Assembly: GCA_963771885.1 (NCBI GenBank) | Contig: CAVYVF010000010.1 | Location: 1 to 62,199, forward strand | Source of the DNA: Candidatus Bathyarchaeota archaeon | Lineage (GTDB): Archaea > Thermoproteota > Bathyarchaeia > TCS64 | Length of the DNA stretch: 62,199 nt | Direction of reading: 5' to 3' | In this document: positions 20,768 through 30,921 of the stretch, piece after piece | How positions within the stretch are numbered: position 1 is the first letter of the stretch | How the letters are laid out: every line of letters starts with the position of its first letter | Translations under genes and position numbers: made by a program | The notes under the pieces: model-generated | What the model was told of the DNA's origin: nothing | Database searches by the model: none | The model's input: only the letters and a program-made list of their open reading frames with translations

Positions 20768-22084
20768 CTAGAGGTCGAAGTAGACTCTAAGGAAGTCTCC
20801 CCAACCAGTGCCCGCGAATGGCACATTGAGGACTGAGTTTGTTTCACCAAAGTAGTAGCTGGGATCATTCAAGTCGTTATGAAGTATGCATCCTCGTGAC
20901 TGTGGGAAGTAGACGCCGAGCCCGTGGGCGGATTTGACGGAGTACTGGTGGCTGCAACGCGTGTAGATGAAGGGTTCGTCTCCGAGCCAAGCTGACTTGA
21001 TGTCTTCTATCGCATCTTTGTATTCTGGACCGCCGTCGATCACACCGACTTCATCCACGAACGTATAGAGATCGATGTCAGCGTCCCAGCCCCTCATCGG
21101 CTGGCCTGTGTTCGCCTTCCCCCGCGCTCTATCAATAACCCCCTTATACTTCTGAACGTTGCCAGCGAGCACCCCTGTAACAGTGTTAAGGTCGTCGACG
21201 AATTCGTCCGTCTGGCTCAGGTCTACCACTGTGAACGCTGGGAAAGCCCCGTCTCTCGCACACCCGTTAGGCATTAGATACTCCGCCATGAAGTCGTCGA
21301 CGAGCAGGTGCGACAAGGCTTTAGGAGTCATCTTTCCACCGTTCGTCACCTCCAGGTCTTGAAGGATGTCGTCGTATGGGAAACTCCAGTAGTTCTCATA
21401 GTCCTGCGCTGCGACGAGGTACTGTGCCAGGTCCTGGTAGTCGTATGCGACCTCAATCATGCTGCATATGCACGCATCGAACGCAAGGATGCTAATCTTC
21501 ACCGATGTGCGCTCATATACAGTCTCAAGCGCAGCTGCTAGCTCGCTGTGGTGGAGGAAGTCGTACGTACCCTCTACAATGCCTAGACCGTGGAAATCCT
21601 TGCAAGAGCCGAGGAAGTCATCACCGTGATCCCAAATAACCAACGCATAGTTTTCCGCGGGGAACATCTCGAGCGCCATTTCGAGGAGATCTACAACGGT
21701 CTGCTGACTGCCCATGTTGAGCTCGCGATTGAGGTCAGGGTCTGTGATCCTGTAAGCGCCGCCATTCACAATATAATAGGGGGCAGCTCCCTCAGCCCAA
21801 GTATCGTAAAGCACCACCATGTTCACGTTGGAGTCACTTCCAACAACCATCATCTCCCGAATATCATCTCTGGCGTAGACGCCGAGTTCGTTGTCGGCGT
21901 CGTTATACTGGATAATCGTCCATTTCTTCGGAGCCTCACTGGAAGACTTTGTGCCAATCTCCTCCAAGGGAATGCTTGGGAAAACTTTCGCAGAGAGAGG
22001 GGAATCGACGCGGTTAGAAGAATCGTTAATAGGAATACGGTTGATATGATTTTTCCATTTTTTAGTATCTAACAAATCCATCAA
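20768..22084 (-). CDS. Clostripain-family (C11) peptidase
   Basis: WTIIQYNDADNEL, ELNMG, YALVIWDHG (His), FDAC (Cys), EVAY, GLGVYFP. Confidence 0.88.
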   Translation of the reverse strand: MMDLLDTKKWKNHINRIPINDSSNRVDSPLSAKVFPSIPLEEIGTKSSSEAPKKWTIIQYNDADNELGVYARDDIREMMVVGSDSNVNMVVLYDTWAEGAAPYYIVNGGAYRITDPDLNRELNMGSQQTVVDLLEMALEMFPAENYALVIWDHGDDFLGSCKDFHGLGIVEGTYDFLHHSELAAALETVYERTSVKISILAFDACICSMIEVAYDYQDLAQYLVAAQDYENYWSFPYDDILQDLEVTNGGKMTPKALSHLLVDDFMAEYLMPNGCARDGAFPAFTVVDLSQTDEFVDDLNTVTGVLAGNVQKYKGVIDRARGKANTGQPMRGWDADIDLYTFVDEVGVIDGGPEYKDAIEDIKSAWLGDEPFIYTRCSHQYSVKSAHGLGVYFPQSRGCILHNDLNDPSYYFGETNSVLNVPFAGTGWGDFLRVYFDL

Positions 22085-22206
22085 TTAAATGATAATTAAC
22101 ACTATATATATGATTTATGCGCATAAATGACACTTCATGGAGCTACCGCGCACGCGAACTGGTATTTTAATAGAAAATAACTGTATGTAAGGAGTAATTG
22201 CGCGCG

Positions 22207-22473
22207 CTAGAGAAGCTTAATCGCTTCCTCCCGCGGAATCGCGACCATCATCTCCAGCTCAACCCCATCAAACAAGGAGAGCATTATTTTCATAGCATCC
22301 TTCTCAGATGGTGCCTCCACCACCGAGACCCCGTTGTACCGGCCTAGAGTCCAATAGGTCTGCATCTTGATGCCCTGCTTCGCAAAATCATCCATTGCCT
22401 TGGTAAACTGATCTACAAACTCTTTCTGCTTCCTAGGCGATTCCTTCCATTTAACTAGAGATATGAAAAACAT
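22207..22473 (-). CDS. GYD-domain protein
   Basis: FISLVKW...YWTLGRYNGVSVVEAPSE. Confidence 0.82.
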   Translation of the reverse strand: MFFISLVKWKESPRKQKEFVDQFTKAMDDFAKQGIKMQTYWTLGRYNGVSVVEAPSEKDAMKIMLSLFDGVELEMMVAIPREEAIKLL

Positions 22474-22730
22474 CTTGTTTCCCAAGTAATTTTTCGGGAA
22501 CGAGATGATATTAACACTTGTTTTTTTAGAGATGTCTAAATAACTTGCATACAAGCGCGATTAACCAGATACTTTTTTAAAAATGCACCTGAACCTGATG
22601 ATGTTAAAGAAGTTTTGAACCGGGTCCGTAGAGTGCCTGGTAAGCCTCTGTCACTTGCGCGCGCGCAGAGAAATTGGACGGTCGAGAAATTCCAAAAACA
22701 TAAGATGACACTTAGTTCCTATCTTCAACT

Positions 22731-23207
22731 ATGTCTCAAGACGCGTCAAGGCTCTACACCGAAAATAGACTCAACGAGTTTGAGGAACTATTCGGGTTAA
22801 ACTTCAAAGACAAAGCCCTACTCGTCACGGCCTTAAGCCATAGAAATCCACTTGGTCTTAGCCTCACCTCAAAAGACGAGATGCTCAGACTAGCCCTGCT
22901 CGGGGACAAGATAATAGACCTGATACTCTACCGATTCATGTATGCCAGAGACACACCTCTCAAAGAGATGAACGATGCCCGCAGAATGACCGAAAACACC
23001 GAGCTGGATAAGATAGCGGATGGACTCGGGTTCGAAAAGTATCTATTCCTCGAAGAGAGTGTTGATGAAAAAATCAGAATAAGGAGCGTATCCTTCGGAT
23101 CAGACAGCTTAGAGGCGCTCGTTGGTGCAATATTCCTTGATGAAGGTTTTACCGCATCTCAGCGATTCGTGGAGAAGTGGATACTCCAAAATATGCCACT
23201 CCACTGA
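22731..23207 (+). CDS. Ribonuclease III catalytic-domain protein lacking dsRBD
   Basis: FKDKALLVTALSH, RLALLGDKII, SDSLEALVGAIFLDEG. Confidence 0.85.
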   Translation: MSQDASRLYTENRLNEFEELFGLNFKDKALLVTALSHRNPLGLSLTSKDEMLRLALLGDKIIDLILYRFMYARDTPLKEMNDARRMTENTELDKIADGLGFEKYLFLEESVDEKIRIRSVSFGSDSLEALVGAIFLDEGFTASQRFVEKWILQNMPLH

Positions 23208-23263
23208 GAAGGTCAACAATTTCAATCACGATTCTCTCACCAGTTATGCGCGCGCATGAGCCA

Positions 23264-24457
23264 TCAGTCGGCATGTGAATCTTTGGAATATGCGCGAGCG
23301 CTGAGATAGATGCACAGGATTGTTCCCAGTATAGCGACCGTAGCCGCGAGTTGAAGTGAGGAGGCAACGCCATAAGACGATGCGACTCCCCCAAGGATTA
23401 TTGGAGATAATACGCTGCTTGCGTTTGAGAAGCTCTGGTAGACGCCCATGGCTGCACCTTTCCGCTCGGGGGGAGCCTCAGATGTAACGTAGACGTTTCC
23501 GGCGGTGAGAGAGATCCCATACATTACACCTTGGACAGCGAGAAAGACGAGGATCATGTTCAGAGACTGACTCGATGCAAGGATAAAAATCATGGCTGCC
23601 TGCGCCACCAAGCCGCCCACAAGTAGCAGAAAGGTCGTACGCCCCTTCATGGCGATGTTGGCAGGGTACCTTATGATCGTCGAGAATAACCCCCTAACGG
23701 TGAAGCCGAGACCTACCTGCGCCGAGTTGAGCCCAACAAAGAGACCGTAAAGTGGGAAGAACGTGCTCAAGGCGTTGTAGAGGAGCGTGTTTATGAAGTT
23801 CGTAAGTCCGGCCGCGAGCACCCTCGGGTCGGAGAGAGTCTCCCGTATACCAATTCTGATGGCAGGCGAGTGCCTTTGCGGGGTTCCACTCTTAGTTAAT
23901 AGAATTGAGGCGAGCCCGCATAATCCTAGTAGGCTGCTCGCGATGAAGGCGGCGTTATACCCCCAAGTCGTCGAGGCGTATCCTCCAATTATGGGTCCAA
24001 CGGTAAATCCAATGCCCATCGCTGTCATGTATATTCCCTGCGCGATCACTCTCGCTTCGCCTTTCGCCTCCTCGGTAACCCAAACGAACCCCAGCCCGAA
24101 CGTCGACCCCATTGCGATGCCGAGGACGAGCCTCGCGACGAGCAGGTGCAGCGTAGTGGAGGCGACGATGTAGAGAAGTGGCACAAAAGTGAATAGGGCA
24201 AATCCTATCGATAGAACCACTTTACGACCGAATCTATCACTGATGCTGCCGATCGGGACAGAGAGTAGTGCCATGGCGACACCGATCGCCGAACCGTAGA
24301 GCCCGATCATGATCAGGCTCGCCCCGTGCTCCTGTGCGAACGCTGGGAAGATAGGGATCACAAGGCTGTGGCTAGCGTCAGCGAAGAATATGGCGATACA
24401 GATCAACGCCGCCCCGAATAGGCTCCGCCTCTCCTCTTCTGTGAGACTCTCAAGCAT
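23264..24457 (-). CDS. MFS transporter
   Basis: About 12 TM; GSISDRFGRK motif A; start uncertain. Confidence 0.92.
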   Translation of the reverse strand: MLESLTEEERRSLFGAALICIAIFFADASHSLVIPIFPAFAQEHGASLIMIGLYGSAIGVAMALLSVPIGSISDRFGRKVVLSIGFALFTFVPLLYIVASTTLHLLVARLVLGIAMGSTFGLGFVWVTEEAKGEARVIAQGIYMTAMGIGFTVGPIIGGYASTTWGYNAAFIASSLLGLCGLASILLTKSGTPQRHSPAIRIGIRETLSDPRVLAAGLTNFINTLLYNALSTFFPLYGLFVGLNSAQVGLGFTVRGLFSTIIRYPANIAMKGRTTFLLLVGGLVAQAAMIFILASSQSLNMILVFLAVQGVMYGISLTAGNVYVTSEAPPERKGAAMGVYQSFSNASSVLSPIILGGVASSYGVASSLQLAATVAILGTILCIYLSARAYSKDSHAD

Positions 24458-24523
24458 CTTTAAAGTGGGATCTGGCGGGTTAGAATACTTTATGGCGCGC
24501 ACATACATTATACCCGAGAGCAA

Positions 24524-25135
24524 TTGACGACATCTAAGATAACTTATTTCGATGAAGGCGGACCAGAGCATACCTCAGCAACAATAGAAGCCGCAAAGGA
24601 AGCCGCAATCAAGCTTGGAATTAACAAGATGGTAGTCGCAAGCACCTCGGGTGACTCTGCATGTGAGGCTGCCGAGAGAGTCAAAGGATCAGGGATCACA
24701 ATAATTGCTGTTGGACATCAGTATGGTTTCCCAGTGCCAGGACAAAGATTCAAACCCGAAAACATTGAGAAACTCAAAACTTATGGTGCACAGATAAGCC
24801 TAGGATCTGACGTCCTAACAAACAGCATCCGACAAAGGGACAGACTTGGACATTCACCCATCAGCATAATCACCCAGACGCTTTCAACCCTCAAGATAAA
24901 GGTCAACGTGGAAATAGTTCTGAAGGCTACCGACGCCGGGATCTTAACCCCAGGTGAACGTGTAATAAGCCTCGCTGGTAGCCACAGCGGACTTGACACC
25001 GCGGTGGTCCTTGAGGCTCAGGATTCATCGAAGCCACTTGACTTCAAGCTTAGAGAAATCGTGGTTATGCCACTAAGCAGAGAAAAAGCCGACGCCGAGT
25101 ACATGAAGAAGAGGGCACAGCCCTCTAGTCAATGA
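24524..25135 (+). CDS. Pyruvate kinase C-terminal-like protein (MTH1675/COG1751-like)
   Basis: ITYFDEGGPEHT, VVASTSG, EIVLKATDAG, G...GLDTA. Confidence 0.82.
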   Translation: MTTSKITYFDEGGPEHTSATIEAAKEAAIKLGINKMVVASTSGDSACEAAERVKGSGITIIAVGHQYGFPVPGQRFKPENIEKLKTYGAQISLGSDVLTNSIRQRDRLGHSPISIITQTLSTLKIKVNVEIVLKATDAGILTPGERVISLAGSHSGLDTAVVLEAQDSSKPLDFKLREIVVMPLSREKADAEYMKKRAQPSSQ

Positions 25136-25144
25136 GGGACATTC

Positions 25145-25819
25145 ATGATTCTAGGTATATCCGCGAGTGGAAGGAACGTTCAACGAAATGAATCCGGGAC
25201 ACTAACGCATGGACTCACAGAGGAGATGGTGAAGTACATCCTAGCGAAGTCGGGGGAGCCAAATGAATTCGTGAGTCTAGCTGGGAAGACTATACGAGGC
25301 TGCACCGGCTGCTGCGGATGCGCTGAGAATAACGTATGCGTGTTAGAGGATGACTGGGCCGCTATACGGGATTTGATGTTTAAAGCGGATGCGGTAGTGT
25401 TCGGCGCACCTAACTATTTTGGGGTTATTAATGGGCTGGGTCATGCTTTCCTGGAGCGTACTTTTAGCCTCCGCCACAGGGAGAGGTTCAAGCTGGCAGG
25501 TAAGCTGAACGTCATTGTGACGACGGGTAGTGAGGATGATCCAGTTGTTGAGGATTTTATTCGAAAGGTGTTTCGCAGTAATTATATGGCGGAGCCGATT
25601 GGCGCGTTGAAGGTTGCTGGAGTTAGTCAATGTTATCAGTGTGGTTTTGGTGAGGGGTGCGCGGCTGGCTCAGTTGTTTCTCGTCACGGGTTTATTGACG
25701 TGATTCGTGAGAGTATTCTTCCCCGCGTAAACCCAGAGGCTTATAGAAAGGCTGAGGTTATCGCGCATCGTTTAGGTGAGGTAGTTAGGGCAAAAAAATC
25801 AGGCCAACTTAATGTATGA
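25145..25819 (+). CDS. Iron-sulfur flavoprotein / NADPH-dependent FMN reductase family
   Basis: ILGISASGR, CTGCCGC....C, ADAVVFGAPNYF, second CYQCG...C motif. Confidence 0.88.
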   Translation: MILGISASGRNVQRNESGTLTHGLTEEMVKYILAKSGEPNEFVSLAGKTIRGCTGCCGCAENNVCVLEDDWAAIRDLMFKADAVVFGAPNYFGVINGLGHAFLERTFSLRHRERFKLAGKLNVIVTTGSEDDPVVEDFIRKVFRSNYMAEPIGALKVAGVSQCYQCGFGEGCAAGSVVSRHGFIDVIRESILPRVNPEAYRKAEVIAHRLGEVVRAKKSGQLNV

Positions 25820-25906
25820 TATCTTAGTGAGTGTGCGCGACCTCCACCTGAACCCCAACATCAACGGCGTTAAAATAAGGTCGATAATTATTAAATTTGA
25901 TAGGTA

Positions 25907-26116
25907 TTGCCTGTTGTAAGTTTATCCTTAAACGACAGCTTCTTAACGATCGCGCGCGCTCAGGATATTATTCACATGCAACTTCATAACAGGTTCCGTG
26001 AGGGGAAATGAATGGAGCTATTCATCCTTGAAGGCGACTCAAACAGAGTGAAGGCACTCTCTACGGAGCTTCAGAGAAACGAAGAAAACGATTACGTCAA
26101 ACGGATAATAATCTGA
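25907..26116 (+). pseudogene. NikR/CopG-like ribbon-helix-helix regulator remnant
   Basis: MPVVSLSLNDSFL joined directly to QDIIHMQLHNRFREGK*MELFILEGD...DYVK; central part absent, in-frame TGA. Confidence 0.7.
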
Positions 26117-26212
26117 TTAGGTTCCTAAGAATAAGCACTCCTACTATCTTATCAATTATCGATGCGCCGCGCAAGATCTTTATTAAATACCCTTATTGGG
26201 AAAAGGTAAGTA

Positions 26213-27745
26213 ATGTCACTAAACTTACCTTTTAATACACATCCTCTCCCTATCCGCGAGGAAGATATTATGTTAACCCAGGAATTCGACGTCGTGGTAG
26301 TGGGGGCGGGGATCTCGGGGCTGATGGCGGCACTGGCAGCGGCTGAGAACAATGCCTCCGTCGCTCTAATTGAGAAAACGGGAGCCTTCAACGTTAGGGG
26401 TGGGGACATCACCGCTATCAACAGTAGGCTCCACGAGCAAATTGGCATAAAAATAGATGAAAACAAAATTCTCCGCGACCTAATGAAGGTGCAGGCAGCC
26501 CGGGTGCACCAGAGAATCTTCCACCTCTGGGCACGCAACAGCGCCAGGGTCATGAACCATATGATCGATCTCCTGGAGAAGGAGGGGTTGAAAACATATC
26601 TAGTCATACCCGCGAGGGATGACCCCGTGGTTATAGACCGCTGGCCCAACCCCTCCGAAATGCCACCGAACTGGAATCCGTTGGATGAATACACGGTTGA
26701 GTATCCAACCTGCCACAGATTGGGGTCAGTGCACCCAGACATGAGAAGATGTCTCTCCATCGTAGAGGAGAAGATCCTCAGCCACGGCGCAAAAATATTT
26801 TACAACACCAAAGCGGTTCGACTAACCCGAGACCCGCAGATCGGACGTGTGACATCTGTCATCGCTGAGGATAGGGAGGGTAACCACAACAGGTATGAGG
26901 CGTTGAAAGGGGTGATCCTCGCCACAGGAGACTACAGCTACAACCGAGAGATGGTTGACAGATACTTCCCGGGTGCAAACCTCCAGTTGGGGCTAATCCC
27001 CACCTCCATGGGTGAGGGCCACCAGATGGCTATGGGGGTAGGCGCCGTTATGGAGAAGACGCCACACGCGCCCCTCAACGACATCTCACACGCCCTTGGA
27101 ACAGACGCCTTCCTTTTAGTTAATCGGCTTGGCGAGCGCTTCTGCGACGAAGACCTAGACTCCGAGGCGATGGCCCGCCAGGCGGAGGAGCAGCATGGGG
27201 CATGGATAGTGTTTGACGCATCCTGGCCAGAGGATCTGCCGAAGATGGGGTTAGGCTTCTTAAGAGTATACAAAGCAACAGAGAAGACATACAAGAATCT
27301 GCAGGATAGAATCGCTAAAGGAACTGTTGTTGTAGCCGACTCGATAGAGGCCTTGGCTGAAAAGATGAAGGTTCCAGTGGATACCTTCAGGAAAACCATT
27401 GATAGGTATAATGAACTGGCTGAGGCTGGTTGTGATTTGGACTTCGGTAAGCGCCCAGACCGATTGACAGCGGTGGATACACCGCCTTTCTACGCGGGTT
27501 GGACGCCTAACCCCGACTACCCGATGCTGATATTCGGCGGCCTGGTGTGCAACGAGCATCTCCAGCCAACAGACGTAGATGGAAAACCCATTCAGGGCTT
27601 GTATCTGGCGGGTAACACTGTTGGGGGACGTTTCAAACTAGCCTACCCGCTGCTCTGCCCTGGCATCAGCCACGGTATGGCTATGACTACCGGGTACCTA
27701 GCAGGAGAATTTGCAGCAAAACTGACTGATCCCGACCCTAAATAG
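26213..27745 (+). CDS. FAD-dependent oxidoreductase (FAD_binding_2; fumarate reductase/ketosteroid dehydrogenase-like flavoprotein)
   Basis: DVVVVGAGISG, GVILATGDY, VNRLGERF..E, GCDLDFGK, PPFYA, GG, IQGLYLAGN. Confidence 0.92.
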   Translation: MSLNLPFNTHPLPIREEDIMLTQEFDVVVVGAGISGLMAALAAAENNASVALIEKTGAFNVRGGDITAINSRLHEQIGIKIDENKILRDLMKVQAARVHQRIFHLWARNSARVMNHMIDLLEKEGLKTYLVIPARDDPVVIDRWPNPSEMPPNWNPLDEYTVEYPTCHRLGSVHPDMRRCLSIVEEKILSHGAKIFYNTKAVRLTRDPQIGRVTSVIAEDREGNHNRYEALKGVILATGDYSYNREMVDRYFPGANLQLGLIPTSMGEGHQMAMGVGAVMEKTPHAPLNDISHALGTDAFLLVNRLGERFCDEDLDSEAMARQAEEQHGAWIVFDASWPEDLPKMGLGFLRVYKATEKTYKNLQDRIAKGTVVVADSIEALAEKMKVPVDTFRKTIDRYNELAEAGCDLDFGKRPDRLTAVDTPPFYAGWTPNPDYPMLIFGGLVCNEHLQPTDVDGKPIQGLYLAGNTVGGRFKLAYPLLCPGISHGMAMTTGYLAGEFAAKLTDPDPK

Positions 27746-27944
27746 GGGTGGATGATAACGTGCGCGCGTGTCTACATCGGGCATATAATAATGCGGGCTA
27801 ACCGAGCCAACTGGGGTTTCAGTCAAAGTAGCCTTTACCGCTAACACTTGCGGACCCACTCAGGACTCTAGCCTCTGATTCAACTCGCCCAAGCTCGCAT
27901 CTTACTGCCGTGTGCGCGTGGTCGAGTTTTTATGTCGTTGAGAC

Positions 27945-28685
27945 TTGAGTGTTGCTATGCCTCATGGGATTCGGGCCGTTACCTTAGACATGTGGAACAC
28001 GCTGGTCCACCCAAGGAACTACCTCGAATTCAGGCTTCCCCACCTTAGGTCCTTCCTCAAGGCTAACGGAGTCGAGCTCGAGGAGTCCAAGCTTCTCGAG
28101 GTGTATCAGGCTGGGTTCAGGCACAGCACCGAGATCCACAAAGTTGAGGGGCGCCGACATGTAGGCGTCGATGAGATTGTGAATCACACCATCGAACTTG
28201 TTGGCTTAGATGGAAAGTGCGACTACGCCCAAATAGTGAAGCAGTACGAGGAGGCCGTGTTAAACGATCCGCCGAAGCTCAAGGAAGGCGCCATAGAGAC
28301 ACTTGAGTGGCTAAATGGAAGAGTTAAGATTGGGCTAATCAGCGACAGCGGTTCAAGCCCCGGACGCGTCATGAGGCGTATCCTGGAAGACTACGGCGTG
28401 CTAAGATACTTCGATGTGACTATTTTCAGCGACGAGGTTGGGCTATGCAAGCCCTACGAGGTCATGTTCAAGACAGCCCTCGACGCTCTGAATGTTAAGC
28501 CTGAAGAGGCTCTGCACGTCGGGGACTTGATTAAACACGATATCCTGGGTGCGAAGAGGATAGGGATGCACACAGCCTGGTTTAAGACGGGGAGCGATGA
28601 CCATCCAACAGACATCATCCCCGACTTTATCATAACTAAGCTTCCAGAGCTAATCAAGATAGTCGAGGAACTTTCTAGACCGTAA
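27945..28685 (+). CDS. HAD-superfamily hydrolase
   Basis: DMWNTL, ISD, FSDEVGLCKP, HVGD...DILGA. Confidence 0.92.
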   Translation: MSVAMPHGIRAVTLDMWNTLVHPRNYLEFRLPHLRSFLKANGVELEESKLLEVYQAGFRHSTEIHKVEGRRHVGVDEIVNHTIELVGLDGKCDYAQIVKQYEEAVLNDPPKLKEGAIETLEWLNGRVKIGLISDSGSSPGRVMRRILEDYGVLRYFDVTIFSDEVGLCKPYEVMFKTALDALNVKPEEALHVGDLIKHDILGAKRIGMHTAWFKTGSDDHPTDIIPDFIITKLPELIKIVEELSRP

Positions 28686-28784
28686 GTAAATGCACTGGTT
28701 ACAATCCTATTTTAATCACAGTGCACTTACTCCGAAGTGGATCGAATGATAAAGAACGCATCAAGCCTGTCATGGTCACCCAAC

Positions 28785-29927
28785 ATGAAATATAGGAAAG
28801 TCGGGGAAGCTCGAATTCGAGCCCTCCGCCCTCGGCTTCGGCGCCATGAGACTCCCCATCAATAGGAGGAGATACCTCGAAAATCGATGAACCCGAGGCA
28901 ATAAAGATGATAAGATACGCCATAGACAACGGCGTAAACTACATCGACACAGCATACCCCTACCATAAAGGGCAAAGCGAGGTACTCGTAGGGAAAGCCC
29001 TCAAAGACGGCTACCGCGAGAAAGTAAAGCTTGCCACCAAGATGCCCTGCTGGCTAGTTAAAACCGCAGACGACTTTGACAAATACTTTAACGAACAACT
29101 CGATAAGACTGCAGACTGACCACATAGACTTCTACCTCCTACACTCACTCGGAAAAAGCACCTGGCCTAGAATACCTGACCTCGGCGTATTCAAATGGGT
29201 GGAGAAAAAGATTCAGGAAGGCAAGATCGGCCACATCGGCTTCAGCTTCCACGACGAGTTACCACTCTTCAAACAGATCATAGACTCCTACGACTGGGAC
29301 TTCTGCCAGATCCAGTACAACTACGTTGACTCAGAGTATCAAGCAGGCGCAGAGGGGCTCCGATACGCAGCTAAAAAGGGAATAGCCGTAGTCATCATGG
29401 AGCCCATCGCTGGAGGACGCCTCGCCGTCAATCCTCCAGAGGGCGTAGCTAAACTATGGAAGGAGAGTCACCGCAACTGGAGTCCCGCCGAGTGGGCACT
29501 CCAATGGCTCTGGAACCAACCCGAAGTCAGCCTAGTTCTCAGCGGGATGAGCACTATGGAGCAAGTCGTGGAAAACGTAAAATCAGCTGGACGCAGCGGC
29601 GCCGGACAATTGACGAATGAGGACAACAAGCTGATTGACTTGGTTGCTAAAACGTATCGAGACATGGGCTTCATAGGTTGCACTGGTTGCCGATACTGCA
29701 TGCCCTGCCCGAATAACGTCGCCATACCAGAGATATTCAGCCTCCTCAACGAATACTACATGAAGAATAGAGACCAGACGGTCAAGGCAAAATACAAGAA
29801 GAACCTAAAAACAGAGCAGTGGGCGAAGAACTGCGTAAGCTGCGGTAAATGTGAGGAAGCATGCCCCCAGCACCTACCCATCAGGCACCTGCTAAGCGAC
29901 GTAAAAGAAGTATTCGAGGAAGAATAA
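28785..29927 (+). CDS. Aldo/keto reductase with C-terminal 4Fe-4S ferredoxin domain (frameshifted)
   Basis: [61 protein letters not shown]. Confidence 0.92.
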
Positions 29928-30086
29928 AAAAAACTGACTGCCCGATTCAACTCCATACGCACCCGCGACCCAACCTATGTCAAATCAAAATCGATACGCG
30001 CGCGGTTTCTTAGAATGCGTATTTGAACGTGTTAATAACAGGATTAGTAAATAAACCAGTATTCCCTGTCTAAAAATGGAAACCAA

Positions 30087-30902
30087 ATGAGGGACATCGT
30101 CAATAATCTCCAAGAATTTGGTCTCACCGATAAAGAGGCAATGATATTTTACGCGTTATCAAAGTTAGGCGTGTCCACCACCAGCGAAATCAGATCTTCC
30201 ATAAATTTTAGTCCCGTTCAGACTCACAGAGGTCTGAAGGGATTACAAGAAAAGGGATTGATTGAAGTATCCATCACCAAGCCGAAGAGATTTACTGCCG
30301 TAGAATTAGATTCAGCCCTTGACATTCTAGAAAAGGACTCGAAACAAAAAATCATTGAAATGGAGAATAGAAAAAAGCTTCTACTTAATGAATGGATAAA
30401 AATCCCTGAAAGGAGAGCATCATCAAACACTCCCACATTGAAAGTGATCCGTGGAGAGAGGAATATAATAAATTTCAAGTTAAAATTATTTGAACAATCT
30501 AAGCACAATGTCGATACAGTTCTAAGTAATGATCAACTATCAAAATCGGATTTTGATGGAATCAGCGACATACTTAGCATGAAAAATAAGAATAAAAAAA
30601 AGGTCAGAATTTTATCAGAGATCGATGACGGGAACTTCAATGCTGCAACACATTTCCGCAACTGTGAACTTAGACACTTGTCAAAGCTAGACCTTACACA
30701 ATTCGCAATAATAGACAACTCGGAGGTACTCGTTCATTTATCAGACAAGTCTCAATCAGCGTTAGATGAGAACAGCAGCGTAATTTGGACAAACTATCAC
30801 AATTATGTGTCAACGATGCAGTTCTTTTTCGAAATGTTATGGGTAACAGCGACACCAGTCAATAACCGCCGTGGAGAACAATACAGTTCAGCCCACACAT
30901 AA
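30087..30902 (+). CDS. TrmB-family transcriptional regulator
   Basis: LQEFGLTDKEA..F..L; L..KGLI....KPKRF.AV; C-terminal IIDNSEV...FEMLW. Confidence 0.88.
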   Translation: MRDIVNNLQEFGLTDKEAMIFYALSKLGVSTTSEIRSSINFSPVQTHRGLKGLQEKGLIEVSITKPKRFTAVELDSALDILEKDSKQKIIEMENRKKLLLNEWIKIPERRASSNTPTLKVIRGERNIINFKLKLFEQSKHNVDTVLSNDQLSKSDFDGISDILSMKNKNKKKVRILSEIDDGNFNAATHFRNCELRHLSKLDLTQFAIIDNSEVLVHLSDKSQSALDENSSVIWTNYHNYVSTMQFFFEMLWVTATPVNNRRGEQYSSAHT

Positions 30903-30921
30903 GTCGAACACACGCGCATTT

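Noticed and set aside
21463..21477. RY tract TGCATATGCACGCAT inside the clostripain gene
   Set aside because: Explained by codons for the catalytic DACIC region; not counted as a junction tract
26009..26011. In-frame TGA at a Cys-equivalent position as selenocysteine
   Set aside because: The gene already lacks its central part and I saw no convincing SECIS-like hairpin; a nonsense change in a pseudogene is more likely
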